Program-made: the position numbers and the translations under genes
In this document: piece after piece, positions 25,101 through 37,579 of the stretch
Layout: every line of letters starts with the position of its first letter
Position numbering within the stretch: position 1 is the first letter of the stretch
Notes under the pieces: model-generated
The model's input: the letters and a program-made list of their open reading frames with translations, nothing else
The model's database searches: none
Told to the model about the DNA's origin: nothing
Assembly (NCBI GenBank): GCA_964035545.1
Contig: OZ037767.1
Coordinates: 21,468,628-21,532,627 of the forward strand
DNA from: Bugula neritina
Lineage: Eukaryota > Animalia > Bryozoa
Reading direction: 5' to 3'
Length of the DNA stretch: 64,000 nucleotides

Positions 25101-28100
25101 TTTCCTGTTTAAAATTTTACCTTGGCTGCAATCATAAACTTTTCCCATATATGTTTCGGTCATTTCTAAGGAAATATAACCCAGCTTTTTCTATTACAGT
25201 CTCGCTTCATGCAGATTGGTCAATATGTGTTTCTGTCAAACAATTATAGTCATAAATTTTAGTTAGAACGGTGAAGGTAAGGAATTAAATATCTGTAGAC
25301 TCGAGAAAAAACTCAGCTCCTTTAAGGCTATCTGCACTAGCCAACTGTTCCTCTGGTAACCAGCACATTGCAGTGTCGCTAAAATGTGATCTGTTACACC
25401 TGTCTCTCTATGACATACACATACTATATACTACACCACTATACATAATGTACTACAGTATAATACTCATACAATATACCACTATACACCATGTTCTACA
25501 ACATAATACTCGTACAATCCACCACTATTATATAAGGATTATTTAAGTGGTGGCATGGCTGCCTCATCTTTCACTTGCAACACTACTGCGTGCCCTAGTA
25601 ATTTATTGCTATATTATAAATATATCATTAGCTTTCTGCAGTGAGCTCCTCCAGCTGTCAGTTGTGATGACTTGGCTGCTGTCGTGTGTAGTCTGCTACA
25701 CTGAAGGTATTTTGTTCGTCTCGCTTCCATCTTTAGTTTTTTTTTCAATTTTTTATTCAGCACTGCTCTGAATATTCAAGTTTATCATACGATATTGCGT
25801 GGCTGACTGTTCTTCAGTTCTATAACATGTTTTTAAAAAATATACTCCGTTTTTTTGGTTTCTTTGTTCACATCCAGCTTGCAAATTACAGAATCTGAGC
25901 ATAGAGCATAGTTAACTCTTTTTTTTAATCTTTAGTTTGACTTTTCACCTTGAAACCATAATTTGAGTGGATAATTTTTGTCTTCAGCATTAGGACCAAG
26001 TCTAAATGCTTGAGCATGTTGAAGTTTTCAAATAGTACTCCGGATATCAAATCCATTACATTTAGCATTTCAGTTCTTTTTCAGCCAAGTCGCATAAAAT
26101 TGCATTGCATTTCCTGACTTAGTTATTCTTTGGTCCACTTCAAAAGCGAATAGTTTTTGGCTGATAAGGATCATCTGCAGTCAGTTTTTATTTCTTTTTA
26201 GTTTATGTGTCTTTGCAGGTGCTGGCAGCCCATAATTTTTGCAGATTACTAACTTGCTTATTAATGGTATTGTCTAACTTTTTCTCAACTTCACTGATGT
26301 GTTGTTTAATGCTATAAGGCAACCTCAACATATGGTGTGTTATCACCATTATTTTTTTGAGAGAAGCTCTCACCACAGAACCTCCTAACCCCTCTGTTGG
26401 ACAGTGTAGTGATAGCATTTATCTCAGATTGTTGAAAGCCCTGGCATTCTTCATACCATTCAAAGCAAACCTCACAAAAAATTCATTTAGAAGCAACTTT
26501 TTGTTGCTTTCCTTTTGTAAAAAGGAGCCATTCCCCCCCCCCCCCCAGCATAATGCTAACAATTTATTTAGATCTTTAGATTTGCTATTGTTTTCTTAGG
26601 GAGACTCAGACTGAGAGGGTAGCACAAGATGGAAATATCCTCTACTATAATCACTTTTTTTTATATTGAGTGAGTGTAAGGAGCAGCATCATTACCTATA
26701 TTAGAAATGCATCAAGCGTGAGATGTGTCTGGTGTGCAATTGGCATTTAGAGTCAAAGTTTTTAGTTTTATGAAAATATACATTTATGAACTTCTAAGCT
26801 AAGTTCAATTTAGCAAGTAAATATAATGGAAAAATAAGAGAAAAACCTATGTTTTATATGTTAAATGTATCAAATTGACTGAGTAGGAGCAGACAATAAA
26901 AATTGTCTTAAGCTACATGTACACAGGCTGATTTTTTCAGCTGATTTTGTACTTGTCGATTTCGCTATTGCTGATTGAAAAATCGGCTTATGGAAAAATC
27001 GGCCGATTTTCTAGGGATTTTTTATTTCCCGGGTTATTTTTCTGCTTGCGTTTTTTTGGCGGATGGCTCGTAGTCGCAGGTGGGGGAAATGTCACAAGTG
27101 GGGGAAATGTCACAGGTGGTGGAGATGTCACAGGTGTCCTAAATGCAGCTGGCAGCAGAAGTATTGGTTCGAACCTTGATGATGTGGGCGATGGTTGCGA
27201 TGAATCACCTTGACTGCTTCCATCATCGCAATTTTCATTCTGATTTTTATCCTAAACTCATATTATTATGTGAAATAAGTAACAACCTATTGATAAATAA
27301 TGTATGTTTACATCGATTTGCGTACTACCACAATCACTACTGTTGCTTACCTCAGCAATTAGGTTGGAGTGCGAGCTCCTAGTTTTTAGAGTTGTCAAAA
27401 GAAAAAGCATCTGCTCATAATATGGGTATATTTTTTTGTTGCGCTCCTCTCCACCAGCTCCAGCCCCTTTTGTGCTCCTGTTAAACATCATAGTATATAA
27501 ATATTAATTTAAATATCATTTTTTTGTTCTCATTCCAAATGCAGTGAGTATACAATTATATCAAATTACCTTTGCAAAGTAAGTTCTATTGGTTTTGTGA
27601 AGAGTCTGAAGCTCTTCAGCCGATATTCCAACAAGAGCTGCCAGGTCAGCCAAGCCCTCTTCTTGGCATCCTTGTTCGAATGAACCTTACTACGGTTATC
27701 CCACAGAGCAGGAAACTTCTCCAAGTTGTCGACATATTTTTGAGTAATCTCTGAATCGTACATGATGAGGTATATGTACTACAGCAGGCAGTACCAAACT
27801 GACTGTTACCAACCATCACGATCGTGTTTATGTTGAGAAAACGGCCGTCTTGGAGCTAACTAAATTACTAACGAAAACTCATGATCATTGCAAATCTGTT
27901 CTCTCAACAAAAATTAAACTATAAAGTTGAGATGCTAATATTAATTACATAAATATAAAAAGTAAAACTACAAGTTATAAATTATATTATAAATGAGTAA
28001 AAGTTGAGAATAATACCAGTGTTCTATTTAAAAAAGCAATATGTTTATTCTGATGTTTTAATAATTGATAGTTATTTTTATATTTGTATTTCATATATGA

Positions 28101-30346
28101 TGTATCGTAGTGACAGCGACGTATTAATTACTTCCTGGTTGTATTTCAAGAATAGTGTTAACTTCGCTCGCTGTCATGATTTTCTGCCAGAAAATCGGCC
28201 GATAAATTGAACATGTTCAATTCTGAAAATTGCTTGAAAAATCTGCCAAAAGCAAAATCGGCTGATTTTTCAAAAATCCTAAAAAATCGCTAACAGTTTA
28301 TCGGCCGATTTTCATGAAAAATCGACCTGTGTACATGTAGCGTTAGAGCTGATACATACTCTTTTCAATGCATTCTAAAAATGCTGTATCAAACCAACCA
28401 GGCACATCATTAGCTGCTTCTCGGTCTAAACCACATAACTCACCAGGTTCAATCATTTCAATTCAACCTCGATCCCATCACACCTCAGTTTCCAAATCAT
28501 CCCGTGCTAGTTCAAAAATAAAAGTTATGTAGTTGGAAGCTAAAGCAAAGTCTGCAGCTCTCAAACAGAGGCATGAGTCATCAAAAAGTACTCATGCACT
28601 AGAAATGCAAGCCAAACAATTGGCAATTGTGATAGAGCAAAGCAAAATTCAGGCGGAAACACTTTTATATTATATGATTGTACAATCAGTCTGGGGTCTG
28701 TAAAAGATAACTCCACTTTTTTGGTTAAAAAATATTTTGAAGCACCTTTAATATTTAAATGGTGTATTGTCATTTGAAGTAACTGTTTTGTGACCATAGC
28801 AAATTAGCTCTGTCTGCTGGACTGATAGCTATGATTTAGTCTACAAGTTTGCATTAAAAACAGTCTTATATATCTATACACTGTCCGAGGGCAAGATATA
28901 TTGGGTAGCATATTATATATTGATTCTAATTAATATGAGTTGCCTTCTAATACTAGTAGGTTAAATGCTAGTTCCACTTTATTGCTCATCATTTCTTATG
29001 GGAAAACTTTAGATTTGGTTACAACTTTAGATCAAAGTCACAATGGCTGGTCTCAATGGTGCCGCGCCTGTGAAATGTAGCAGAGATGTTGTGTTATTGC
29101 CTGATGCTGCTTTGGCCGACGTAGCTGAAGAAAAGTATGATTTAATTGTGGTGCCAGGTGGAAACCCAACAAGTGTGAAGCAACTGGCTGAGGTGGGCCA
29201 CTTATCTGTCACAGAATTTTATAAAAGCTTGGTTGTATAGTTCTGCAGTTATCAAGCATCTTCGTATTATCAGCCATTCTAAAGTGGCAAGAGTTTAGTC
29301 TTAGATCTGCATTTTCTATGTCATCTAGAGCTCTCTGGTTGGCAAAATGCTTAAGTCCCAGGATGAAAGCAGTCTACTAATTGGGGCTATTTGTGCTGGA
29401 CCAAAAAGTTTCATTCCCCACAAGATTGGGCTGGGGAAAGTAGTGACATCATATCCTCTTTTTAAACAAGATATGAAAGCTGCAGGTACGTGTGCATGCA
29501 TTAATAGAAATATACATATGTTGTAAAATAAGATATACATATGTGGTAATATAAGGCATGCATATTCTGTAATATAATATATACATATGTTGTAATAGAA
29601 AATATGCATATGTTGTAATATAATATATACATATGTTGTAATATAATATATACATATGTTGTAATATAATATATACATATGCTGTAATATAATATATACA
29701 TATGTTGTAATATAATATATACATATGTTGTAATATAATATATACATATGTTGTAATATAATATATACATATGCTGTAATATAATATATACATATGTTGT
29801 AATATAATATATACATATGCTGTAATATAATATATACATATGCTGTAATATAATATATATATATGTTGTAATATAATATATACATATGTTGTAATATAAT
29901 ATATACATATGTTGTAATATAATATATACATATGCTGTAATATAATATATACATATGTTGTAATATAATATATACATATGTTGTAATATAATATATACAT
30001 ATGTTGTAATATAATATATACATATGTTGTAATATAATATATACATATGCTGTAATATAATATATACATATGTTGTAATATAATATATACATATGTTGTA
30101 ATATAATATATACATATGTTGTAATATAATATATACATATGCTGTAATATAAGATATTTGTGGTAATATAAGATGCTGGTGTTGATAGGATACAAGTATA
30201 GTGAAGAGAGAGTGTGCATTGATGGAAACATCATTACCAGTCGAGGACCAGGTACAGCCTTAGAGTTTGCTCTAGCATGTGCCTCTGCCACTCTAGGCAA
30301 AGATTTCAAAGCAGAACATGGTCCAGCTATGCTTATCAACTTCTGA
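16110..30346 (+). CDS. PARK7: DJ-1/PARK7 glyoxalase/deglycase (187 aa, 4 exons)
   Basis: Exons 16110-16196 ([29 protein letters not shown]), 29031-29192 (IKVTMAGL...VPGG), 29329-29485 (GAICAGP...TSYP) and 30189-30346 ([13 protein letters not shown]). Total 564 nt. The catalytic Glu and Cys are retained. Intron 1 needs a GC donor. Confidence 0.92.
16350..17851 (-). mobile_element. 5'-truncated APE-type LINE (CR1/L2-like): RT plus C-terminal region
   Basis: Motifs [39 protein letters not shown]; YADD decayed to LADN. A frameshift leads to [12 protein letters not shown]...SFLPRTI. Confidence 0.92.
18790..18960 (-). mobile_element. Short fragment of a related LINE C-terminus
   Basis: AVRYIAGLK...[10 protein letters not shown]...LLMKIL matches TVRFVAGIK...[10 protein letters not shown]...LLMRIL in ORF 16509-16991. 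Confidence 0.75.
20160..22370 (-). pseudogene. Decayed P-element/THAP9-family transposase with introns
   Basis: Motifs [50 protein letters not shown]...[30 protein letters not shown]...CDNC. Stops and frameshifts are present. Confidence 0.88.
23150..23620 (-). mobile_element. Gypsy-like LTR retrotransposon gag-protease relic
   Basis: Frameshifted knuckle [19 protein letters not shown], followed by the protease motif [14 protein letters not shown]. Confidence 0.7.
24095..24243 (-). mobile_element. LINE AP-endonuclease fragment
   Basis: [17 protein letters not shown] resembles the APE motif L.Q.V..PT..GNTLDL. Confidence 0.6.
24244..24990 (-). mobile_element. R2/NeSL-superfamily non-LTR relic (CCHC plus restriction-like endonuclease)
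   Basis: SVDGKGL...W, WLTGRD, CPVC, then RHGAICK...[29 protein letters not shown]...YNDK (PD-D/ExK-type endonuclease). Frameshifted. Confidence 0.85.
26911..28342 (-). mobile_element. Non-autonomous PIF/Harbinger transposon carrying a MADF/Myb-like ORF
   Basis: TIRs agctacatgtacacagg / cctgtgtacatgtagcg. TTA on both flanks (26908-26910, 28343-28345). Subterminal aaaatcggc repeats. The internal minus-strand ORF pieces read [25 protein letters not shown] and KGAGAGG...[10 protein letters not shown]. Confidence 0.88.
29560..30152. repeat. 23-bp minisatellite (atacatatgttgtaatataatat)n filling DJ-1 intron 3
   Basis: About 25 near-perfect copies; 23-aa period in the spurious ORFs. Confidence 0.97.
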
Positions 30347-31767
30347 CGAGCTCTACAAGTGTTGCTGCTTTCTGGACGGATAACTCCGCATACCCATCAC
30401 CTGAACTCACCAACCTCAAGTGTTTACCTGTTCGCATATTGACACTGACTACATTGCATGATTTTGTTGTGTGCATACATTGTTTTTCTGTTAAATATTC
30501 TATTCTGTTTTTGTCTGCATATATTATAATCTCACTGCTTTTCGTTTGGTTTAATATCTCTCGTTATGCTGTATAACCTACTATATAACCTACTATATAG
30601 TTTAGTATGTTTTCAGGTATTGCAATATAACTGCAGTTATACAAGTATATTTAAAGTTCTGTTACATGATTTACACTTGTTTGAACACAACAAGGTGTTC
30701 AGCTCTACATCAATAGTGTGTCACGTTCTTCGCTGCATTTCATTCAGGTGGGCTGGTCAGCTGACATACCAAGGTTATGTCTCACTGTCAACAAACTGTG
30801 ACGTGTTACTGCCATTATTTTTATACTAGTATTGGCACAGTCTAGCTTAGCCCTAGCTCCAAGACTTCCTTCTCTGCTAGCATCGGTCTATGTGAGACTA
30901 TTCTATTTAGTTTTATGATGATTTTGATATATAACCCAAACTAAGCGGACTATATTTAGTAGTAAACTAATGAGAATATTTTCTCAGTTTAAATGTTTTC
31001 CAGTTTTTTGCTGGTTTGAAACAGACTATGAATAATTTTCTAATATTTCTAACTTTCTCAATGATGGCACTTCTTATTCTTTTCCTCAAACAATGTGTAG
31101 TTATATCTTCTACTTGTGGATAATCAACTGTTATGATCTTCTCCTTTGCTGGACTAAATGTTTGAGTAATCAATGCTTTGCTCTCATTATCTAAAGATAT
31201 TAGCAAGTTATGTAGGCAAGTGAAATATAATCTGCCAGTCAGTTATGGTGACCCCTATGTTATAATATTCAGTTATATGTTGGTTATTATCTGCTCCTAG
31301 CTTGTAGTCAAAAACATGGGTCTTTTGTAAATAAGTAGTAAGCTCAAAATGCACTTTGATATGCAATAATTGATACACAGTAAGGCAAGGCTTGTTGTGA
31401 TAACTATAATAATAGAATTTATCATACATAAAAATCATTATGCTATCAAATATCATAATTACTTTAACAATAATATGTGAACTAGGGAAGCAATGGTTCA
31501 TCAGTATTAGTCTCACAAAATATACACCCTACAATAATATGTATAGAGTCAAACACACTAATGTAATCCTATACACCAAGCATATAAAATGTCCATCTTG
31601 CAATTCTTCACAGCACACTGTATGAGGTTTGAACAGCTCAGCACTTTTGCGGATGGGTTGACTTCTAGAAAATAAATATTGCACTCCCAACACTGAAACG
31701 AATTGGGGTCTATGACCTTTATAGTAGTGTGCCTTAGCGCAGCAGGGTACATACACGTGCTAACGAC

Positions 31768-32370
31768 TTATGAGTCTGTCTGTGTGTCTTTGGTGCCTGT
31801 ACTCGGAGCTGTCTGCTCGTCTGGCTCTTCCACTTCTTTTATCTCGTCAAATGTTATTGGTTGGGTTTTGTATCTGGGGTTGTTTCTCCTTCTTGCAGTC
31901 CTGGCTTTCAGTTTATTAACTTTTTCTGACTGCACTTGACTTTTTTTTGGATGATGCGTTGATGTGAATGTCTCCGGTACATCCAGGAAGCTCAGTCTAG
32001 TTGGATACGGACTGTCATACCATATGTTAGTAGCATAACTCCCACTGCCTACTCTATCCTCGCCACTTCTCGTGGACTCAAGTGGTGCCTGCAGTCGGTT
32101 TTCTGTCAGCCCATTGGTTTCCTGCAGTTCTTTGAGAAATGAGGCGACGCTTGTATTCTTATTCTCCTCACTAGGAGTCACTGGTTCTTCTACTTCCTTT
32201 ATTTCATCGAACGTGATGGGTTGTGTTTTATACCGGGAGTTATTCCTCCTTCTTGATATTTTGGATTTGGCAAGGCTGTTTACAGCACTTGCATTTGAGT
32301 GTGGTGTGTCATAGGTGCACAGTTTGTTAGGGTAGTGGGTGCTGAAGTGGTAGAGTGGGTCTATCTCCAT
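31768..32370 (-). CDS. Uncharacterised disordered 200-aa protein with duplicated RRRNNxRYKTQPITFDEIKEVEEP motif
   Basis: Open 603-nt frame preceded by an acceptor (catgcag/A ATG). The two motif copies differ mostly at synonymous positions. Confidence 0.8.
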   Translation of the reverse strand: MEIDPLYHFSTHYPNKLCTYDTPHSNASAVNSLAKSKISRRRNNSRYKTQPITFDEIKEVEEPVTPSEENKNTSVASFLKELQETNGLTENRLQAPLESTRSGEDRVGSGSYATNIWYDSPYPTRLSFLDVPETFTSTHHPKKSQVQSEKVNKLKARTARRRNNPRYKTQPITFDEIKEVEEPDEQTAPSTGTKDTQTDS

Positions 32371-33094
32371 TCTGCATGAGAGTTATAACTGGTTCTAGCT
32401 GGTAACAACCGGTTCTAGCTGGTTACAACAGGTTCTAGTTGGCCCAGAATAGTTTTCCTATTCATTAAAAAACAATAAAACATTCAGAAATATTGTCAAA
32501 CAAATTTTGCATTTTGAAACCTGATTCAATAAATTTTCTTATATATAACACACAATGCAGTGTTTTTATGTATAGCCTACAATCAAATCTTCTCATGTAT
32601 CACATACAGCACAATGCTCCCAGGTATAACCCAGTTCAATAAAATTTGTTTATGTTATTCTCAGAGGTAAACTATTTCAGTGAAGCAGTTGCCACATCCT
32701 ACAGTACCCTCATCAATGATTATTACACAGTCACATGGTGATGTCATGGTAGCTCATCAACTTATCTCTGTTGGGTAAGATAGCTGGCATTTCTTTTAAA
32801 ATACACATAAGATATGTTTTTAATATATTCTAAGTAGTCAATACATAATGCCAAAGTTGTGCAGTTGAAAGGCTGTCTCTACCCATCTACCTAACCTGTA
32901 ATAAGTAAGGGTAGATTTATTCTCATAAAAACAATCAAATCATCATATTGAACTGTCTACACCACCTGATTTCTTCAATCAACTTTCACATTATTGTGTT
33001 CTTTTAGACACACCAAAAACCTCCTCATCAACTAATAATACCTTCACACGTTTGTGCAGAAAATATTTCCATATAGCTCTTTCTACCTAATTGA

Positions 33095-33650
33095 CACTCT
33101 ACTGTCTATACTTTTATTACCTACAGTTTATACTCCATTACCTGCTGTCTATACTCTATTACCTACAATCTATACTCCATTACCTCCAGTTTATGCTCTA
33201 TTACCTACTGTCTGTACTCTATTACCTACATTTTATACTTTACTATCTACTGTCTATACTCTATTACCTACATTCTATACTCTATTACCTACTGTCAATA
33301 CTCTATTACCTACTGTCTATACTCTATTACCTACATTCTATACTCTATTACCTACTGTCAATACTCTATTACCTATTGTCTATACTCTATTACCTACATT
33401 CTATACTCTATTACCTACTGTCTATACTCTATTACCTACTGTCAATACTCTATTACCTACTGTCTATACTCTATTACCTACATTCTATACTCTATTACCT
33501 ACTGTCTATACTCTATTACCTACATTCTATACTCTATTACCTACTGTCAATACTCTATTACCTACATTCTATACTCTATTACCTACATTTTATACTCTAT
33601 TACCTACATTTTATACTCTATTATCTACATTCTATAAGGTACTCTATTAT
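33095..33650. repeat. 21-bp minisatellite (ctattacctactgtctatact)n
   Basis: YTLLPTV 7-aa period in translation. Confidence 0.95.
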
Positions 33651-35179
33651 TTGCTGTCTATATTCTTTTACCTACCGTACATAGCCATTTCCTTTATTTT
33701 ACTGTTTATAGCCTACTGCTTATACAGCCCCTAACTCTATATGGTACACAGCTGCACAATATATCTCTTCTTACACCTGTGCATAATCGTACTAATTACT
33801 CAAGTTAGATTTTGTAGTTTTATAAGTTTTATTGATTACTGCTAAAGATGGCTATAGTCAGCCACCCTACATAAAGGCTCAAACAGATCTAGTATAAACT
33901 CAGCAGTTACCAATATACTAGTATACCAATATGAGACTCAACTAGGATAACCTCAACTACTAACAGGGAACACAGAAAAGTAAAGTGATGCAACCAAATT
34001 TTCCACACTCTATCAAACAGAACTTATTATTATGTTTAATAGAAATACAGTTGTTGAAGATATTTTGCTGGTATAGTTGTTAGGAACATGTCTAAACCCA
34101 TAGAACAATTTTACTCAACAGTTTAGTCATGTTTGTTAAGTATGTTTACACCTTAATAAGCCTCTCAATAGTTTTCAATCATCAAATTGTTAAAACCTTA
34201 ATATTCCCCCCCCCCCCCTTAACCACTTCCAATAGCCAGTCTCCAACAGGCATGCTGACCATTGCAACAGCTGCGATGTCTCCTTGAAGGCGAAACTTAG
34301 TGTAGACTGTAAGTTGTTAGTTGCCTACCATATATCAGGTACAACTCACCCACCCACAAGCCCACTTTCTCAAAGAGACTTTAATATTTAGTCTATGCAT
34401 ACAATACTAACTGAGTGAAATAGTAGGAGCTAATTGTCACAACTTACAATTTACCTCTTTTGACTAACTCTCATTTTACAGTTTTACAGAAATTGCATAA
34501 AAGTCACCCATTATGCTATGATGTTTTAAGAACATGCAGCAAATTTGAGAATACATGCCTGTATTAAGTACTCTGTATAGACTCCACTCACCTGAAGTAA
34601 CACTGATGTATATACAGGTAGTTTACCTGCACCATCTAACTACACTTTCACTGTGAGCTAAGCATTTGTGCGTGTAGTCAGTACAGTTCATATTCAGATA
34701 ATATGACTGGGTGTGTGTATATACACATATTATACAGTATCATACGCTGCACACATTCCCTAGTACTTGTATACAATAGCGAGAGCTTATATTTCCATTA
34801 CCTGTCTTACTAATGAGCCTTCCAAACATCTTATTGTATACACATTTCATATACAAGATGATACGTTACAGCTATCTTAACTGCAGCTATCATAGCCTAT
34901 CCTCAATCAACTCAAATGTTCTCATAAATTATTGCACCTAATAAAAGTCAGCTGCCTGGATGTGTTTAAGAACTCAGTCTAGGCAACTAGCAAGCTGTAT
35001 TAATTGGTGCTTAATTAAATTATTCTGCTATATTCTATTAAAAGACCAATTTGAGTAGTTAGTTGGGATCTGGAGGCTGCTTATAAATATAGATATCGTT
35101 GTGTAAGAGTTACTTGAGCTCTTTGGCTTGAGTTTACACACTTTTTAGATATACTTTGATAAAAACATAAGTTTTTTCT

Positions 35180-35300
35180 ATTGTGGGAAATCGTGGATCA
35201 CTGATTTAGAATGCAGATATTCCCAAGGGTGTGAACCATGGAGCTCTGTTCTGTGCTGATGAGGGGACAAACCCTGAAACAGCTGCTATTATATATAAAC
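35180..35300 (+). mobile_element. Penelope-like element 3' relic with a degenerate minimal hammerhead ribozyme
   Basis: Frameshifted WITDLECRY/PKGVN resembles the GIY-YIG C-terminal WI..L....P.GLN motif. It is followed by CTGATGA-GGGG-ACAAA-CCCT-GAAAC-AGCT-G at 35256-35285. Confidence 0.55.
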
Positions 35301-36212
35301 ATCTAGTCTATATATGACGACTTTGTAATTCACTTACTTTTCTTGTAATAATCTACTTACTTTACTTAGGAAATGTCAATTAGCCTTGCCTAATATAAGA
35401 AACCGTCTGCTAATTAGGATCATCTACATGTATGTACCTATCAACTCCTCTCTCAGTCTTCCCTCAGGTTATGTACTGCAGCCAAACTACTGGAGCAAAC
35501 TCACCTTCCTTCTGTAATCATGTATTTACGATAAATCAGTCCCTCTCATGCCTGCATGTGCAATATGTTACTGTTGATGTGCTGGTATACAGATTATTGT
35601 TGTACTGATAGGTTTTGTATTACCAATACTCAGGCAATATTATAAGAGTTTACTCAAAGTACAGTAATTCAATAATTTCAACACCAGTTGTTACTTAACT
35701 TCCTTCATAGTTATATATAATGTTGCTACATAATATTATGTATAGGCATGTGAATGTTATGGAACTAGGGTTGGTATATATACTAGCATTCACTGCTCCC
35801 TGAATACCAAGGCAATGCTGTAATGCAGGTGGCACGTTTTCCTAATAATAAAATAATTAATAACAATTACCAAAACAATAATATTATTTGTAAAACCTGA
35901 ATCAGCATTGATGACTCAGCTCTATCTTCACTTGATTTTGCAAGCTAGAAATCAGAGTTAGCCTGAATTACCAAAAAGCATGCAGTTTGTATATACAGAG
36001 TGCACCCAGGCTATTAGGCTGCAATGTTTACATGCTTCTCTCGGTAATCAGCTTGCACCTTAAGTTACTGTTGTGCAATCTTTCTGTATTTGACCTTGGC
36101 GATAGTTAGATTTTGTATGATTCAAGCATAAGGGTTTTAGATTTGCCACCCGCCTACTTGCACCCAAGCCTAGCTGTGCTGGTCCTTTGGTGAGAAATGC
36201 ATGTTATAATAG

Positions 36213-36361
36213 AATTGCTCTACAAGCAGCCCCGAGTTAGGGGTGAAGTAGTGCAGTAGTTTAGGGTTCTCAAGTTTGGAGTTAAGTCCCCCAACACTAA
36301 ACTTGGGAACCCAAAACTACTGCACTCATTCACCCAACTTGGAGCTGCTTGTAGAGCAATT
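36213..36361. repeat. 149-bp fold-back element (palindromic MITE or hairpin)
   Basis: 18-bp perfect terminal inverted repeat aattgctctacaagcagc/gctgcttgtagagcaatt, with imperfect pairing continuing for about 65 bp per arm. Confidence 0.85.
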
Positions 36362-37579
36362 TGGAATAATATATTAGATGGCTGTGTTATCTTTTTCTGG
36401 TCCAAACCTGAATGGAAAATTGTGTTTTATTCATCGTTGATCAATTTTATTAGAATAATGACCCTGAAAACAGTTTACTTACAACCTTGCAAATGTAGAT
36501 GAAAGTGGACACTGCAATTTCTTCAACACCATCCTGCCTAGATGCAGACAGTACTGCAATTTACATATTTTACTTAATACGAGTGGAATGATTTTAGTAA
36601 ACTGATCACTTAAAAAAAGCTGCATTATTGGTGTTCAGTTGATTACTCTCTCTCGGCATTTACGCCCAAATTTACTCTTTTACTGTTTACTAATATTACA
36701 GACAGTTATTGTGACTTATACACTGCATCTACTGGCTACAGGCAGGTACTGATGTGATTGAAGCTGTTCTAGAGGGACGTTGTATCCTTGAAAACACAAA
36801 TAAAGGTGAGGCTAGGTAAACTATTTATTTCATGCACTTGAACAACATTCTATTAAACTTAAAGTAGTTGTTTTTAATCTAATTGAAATTCGTTTATCTG
36901 CTGCTTGTGCATTCTTACCACCGACTGAGAATTACAACTCTACTGTAAGAAATTTCTCTGCACTTGCCATCACATAAGTTATGCTATTTGAAGGCATACT
37001 ATGGTAATATAACCTTTCTATTTATATGCTCTAAGGTCTAAAATATAAACTCACTTATACTAGGATCTTCGTCTTCTTACAACAAAAGATATAATATTAG
37101 CATTTGTTTGTACAACTGCAATTTTAATAAAAAAGAGAGAATAACTTCTTATAGAGATATTTTGTATGTATGAATAATTTTCCAAAGGTAGTGAGGTGAA
37201 CATGAACTGATAGCTAATGATTAACTGGCCAAAAAAGCAATTGTTTTATTTCTTTGCTGTCCACAATCAGTATGAATATTGATATAAGTCAATTCAGTTC
37301 ATAGTTATAATTTTAGTAAAAATATAATAAAATTGTTTTTTGAAAATACATTTAACTATGTAATAAATTTAACATGTCACTTTTATGCTGCGTCATTTTA
37401 TCAATATAAATAATAAGACAACTGAAAATTCATCAAGGTTAATGTAGTGTAATGATATAATACAATGAATACACTGTATATAATGCTGATATTACATATA
37501 TCTGTGCATTTCATAAAACAGATTGCAACTTTCAGAAAGTTAGTGTAATTACTTAAGAGTATGATGAATATAATCAGAA

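Noticed and set aside
28345-28620. Plus-strand SRASSKIK...[14 protein letters not shown], possibly BEL gag-like
   Set aside because: Too short and degenerate to call. If real it would be a sense-strand exception to the antisense bias in the DJ-1 intron.
29325-30339. Long minus-strand ORFs of 204-296 aa (YILYYNICI repeats)
   Set aside because: Artefacts of a stop-free 23-bp minisatellite inside DJ-1 intron 3.
33054-33734. ORFs of 226 and 197 aa, and similar ones at 6299-6799, 40796-41413 and 47911-48460
   Set aside because: Translations of tandem repeats with no coding evidence.
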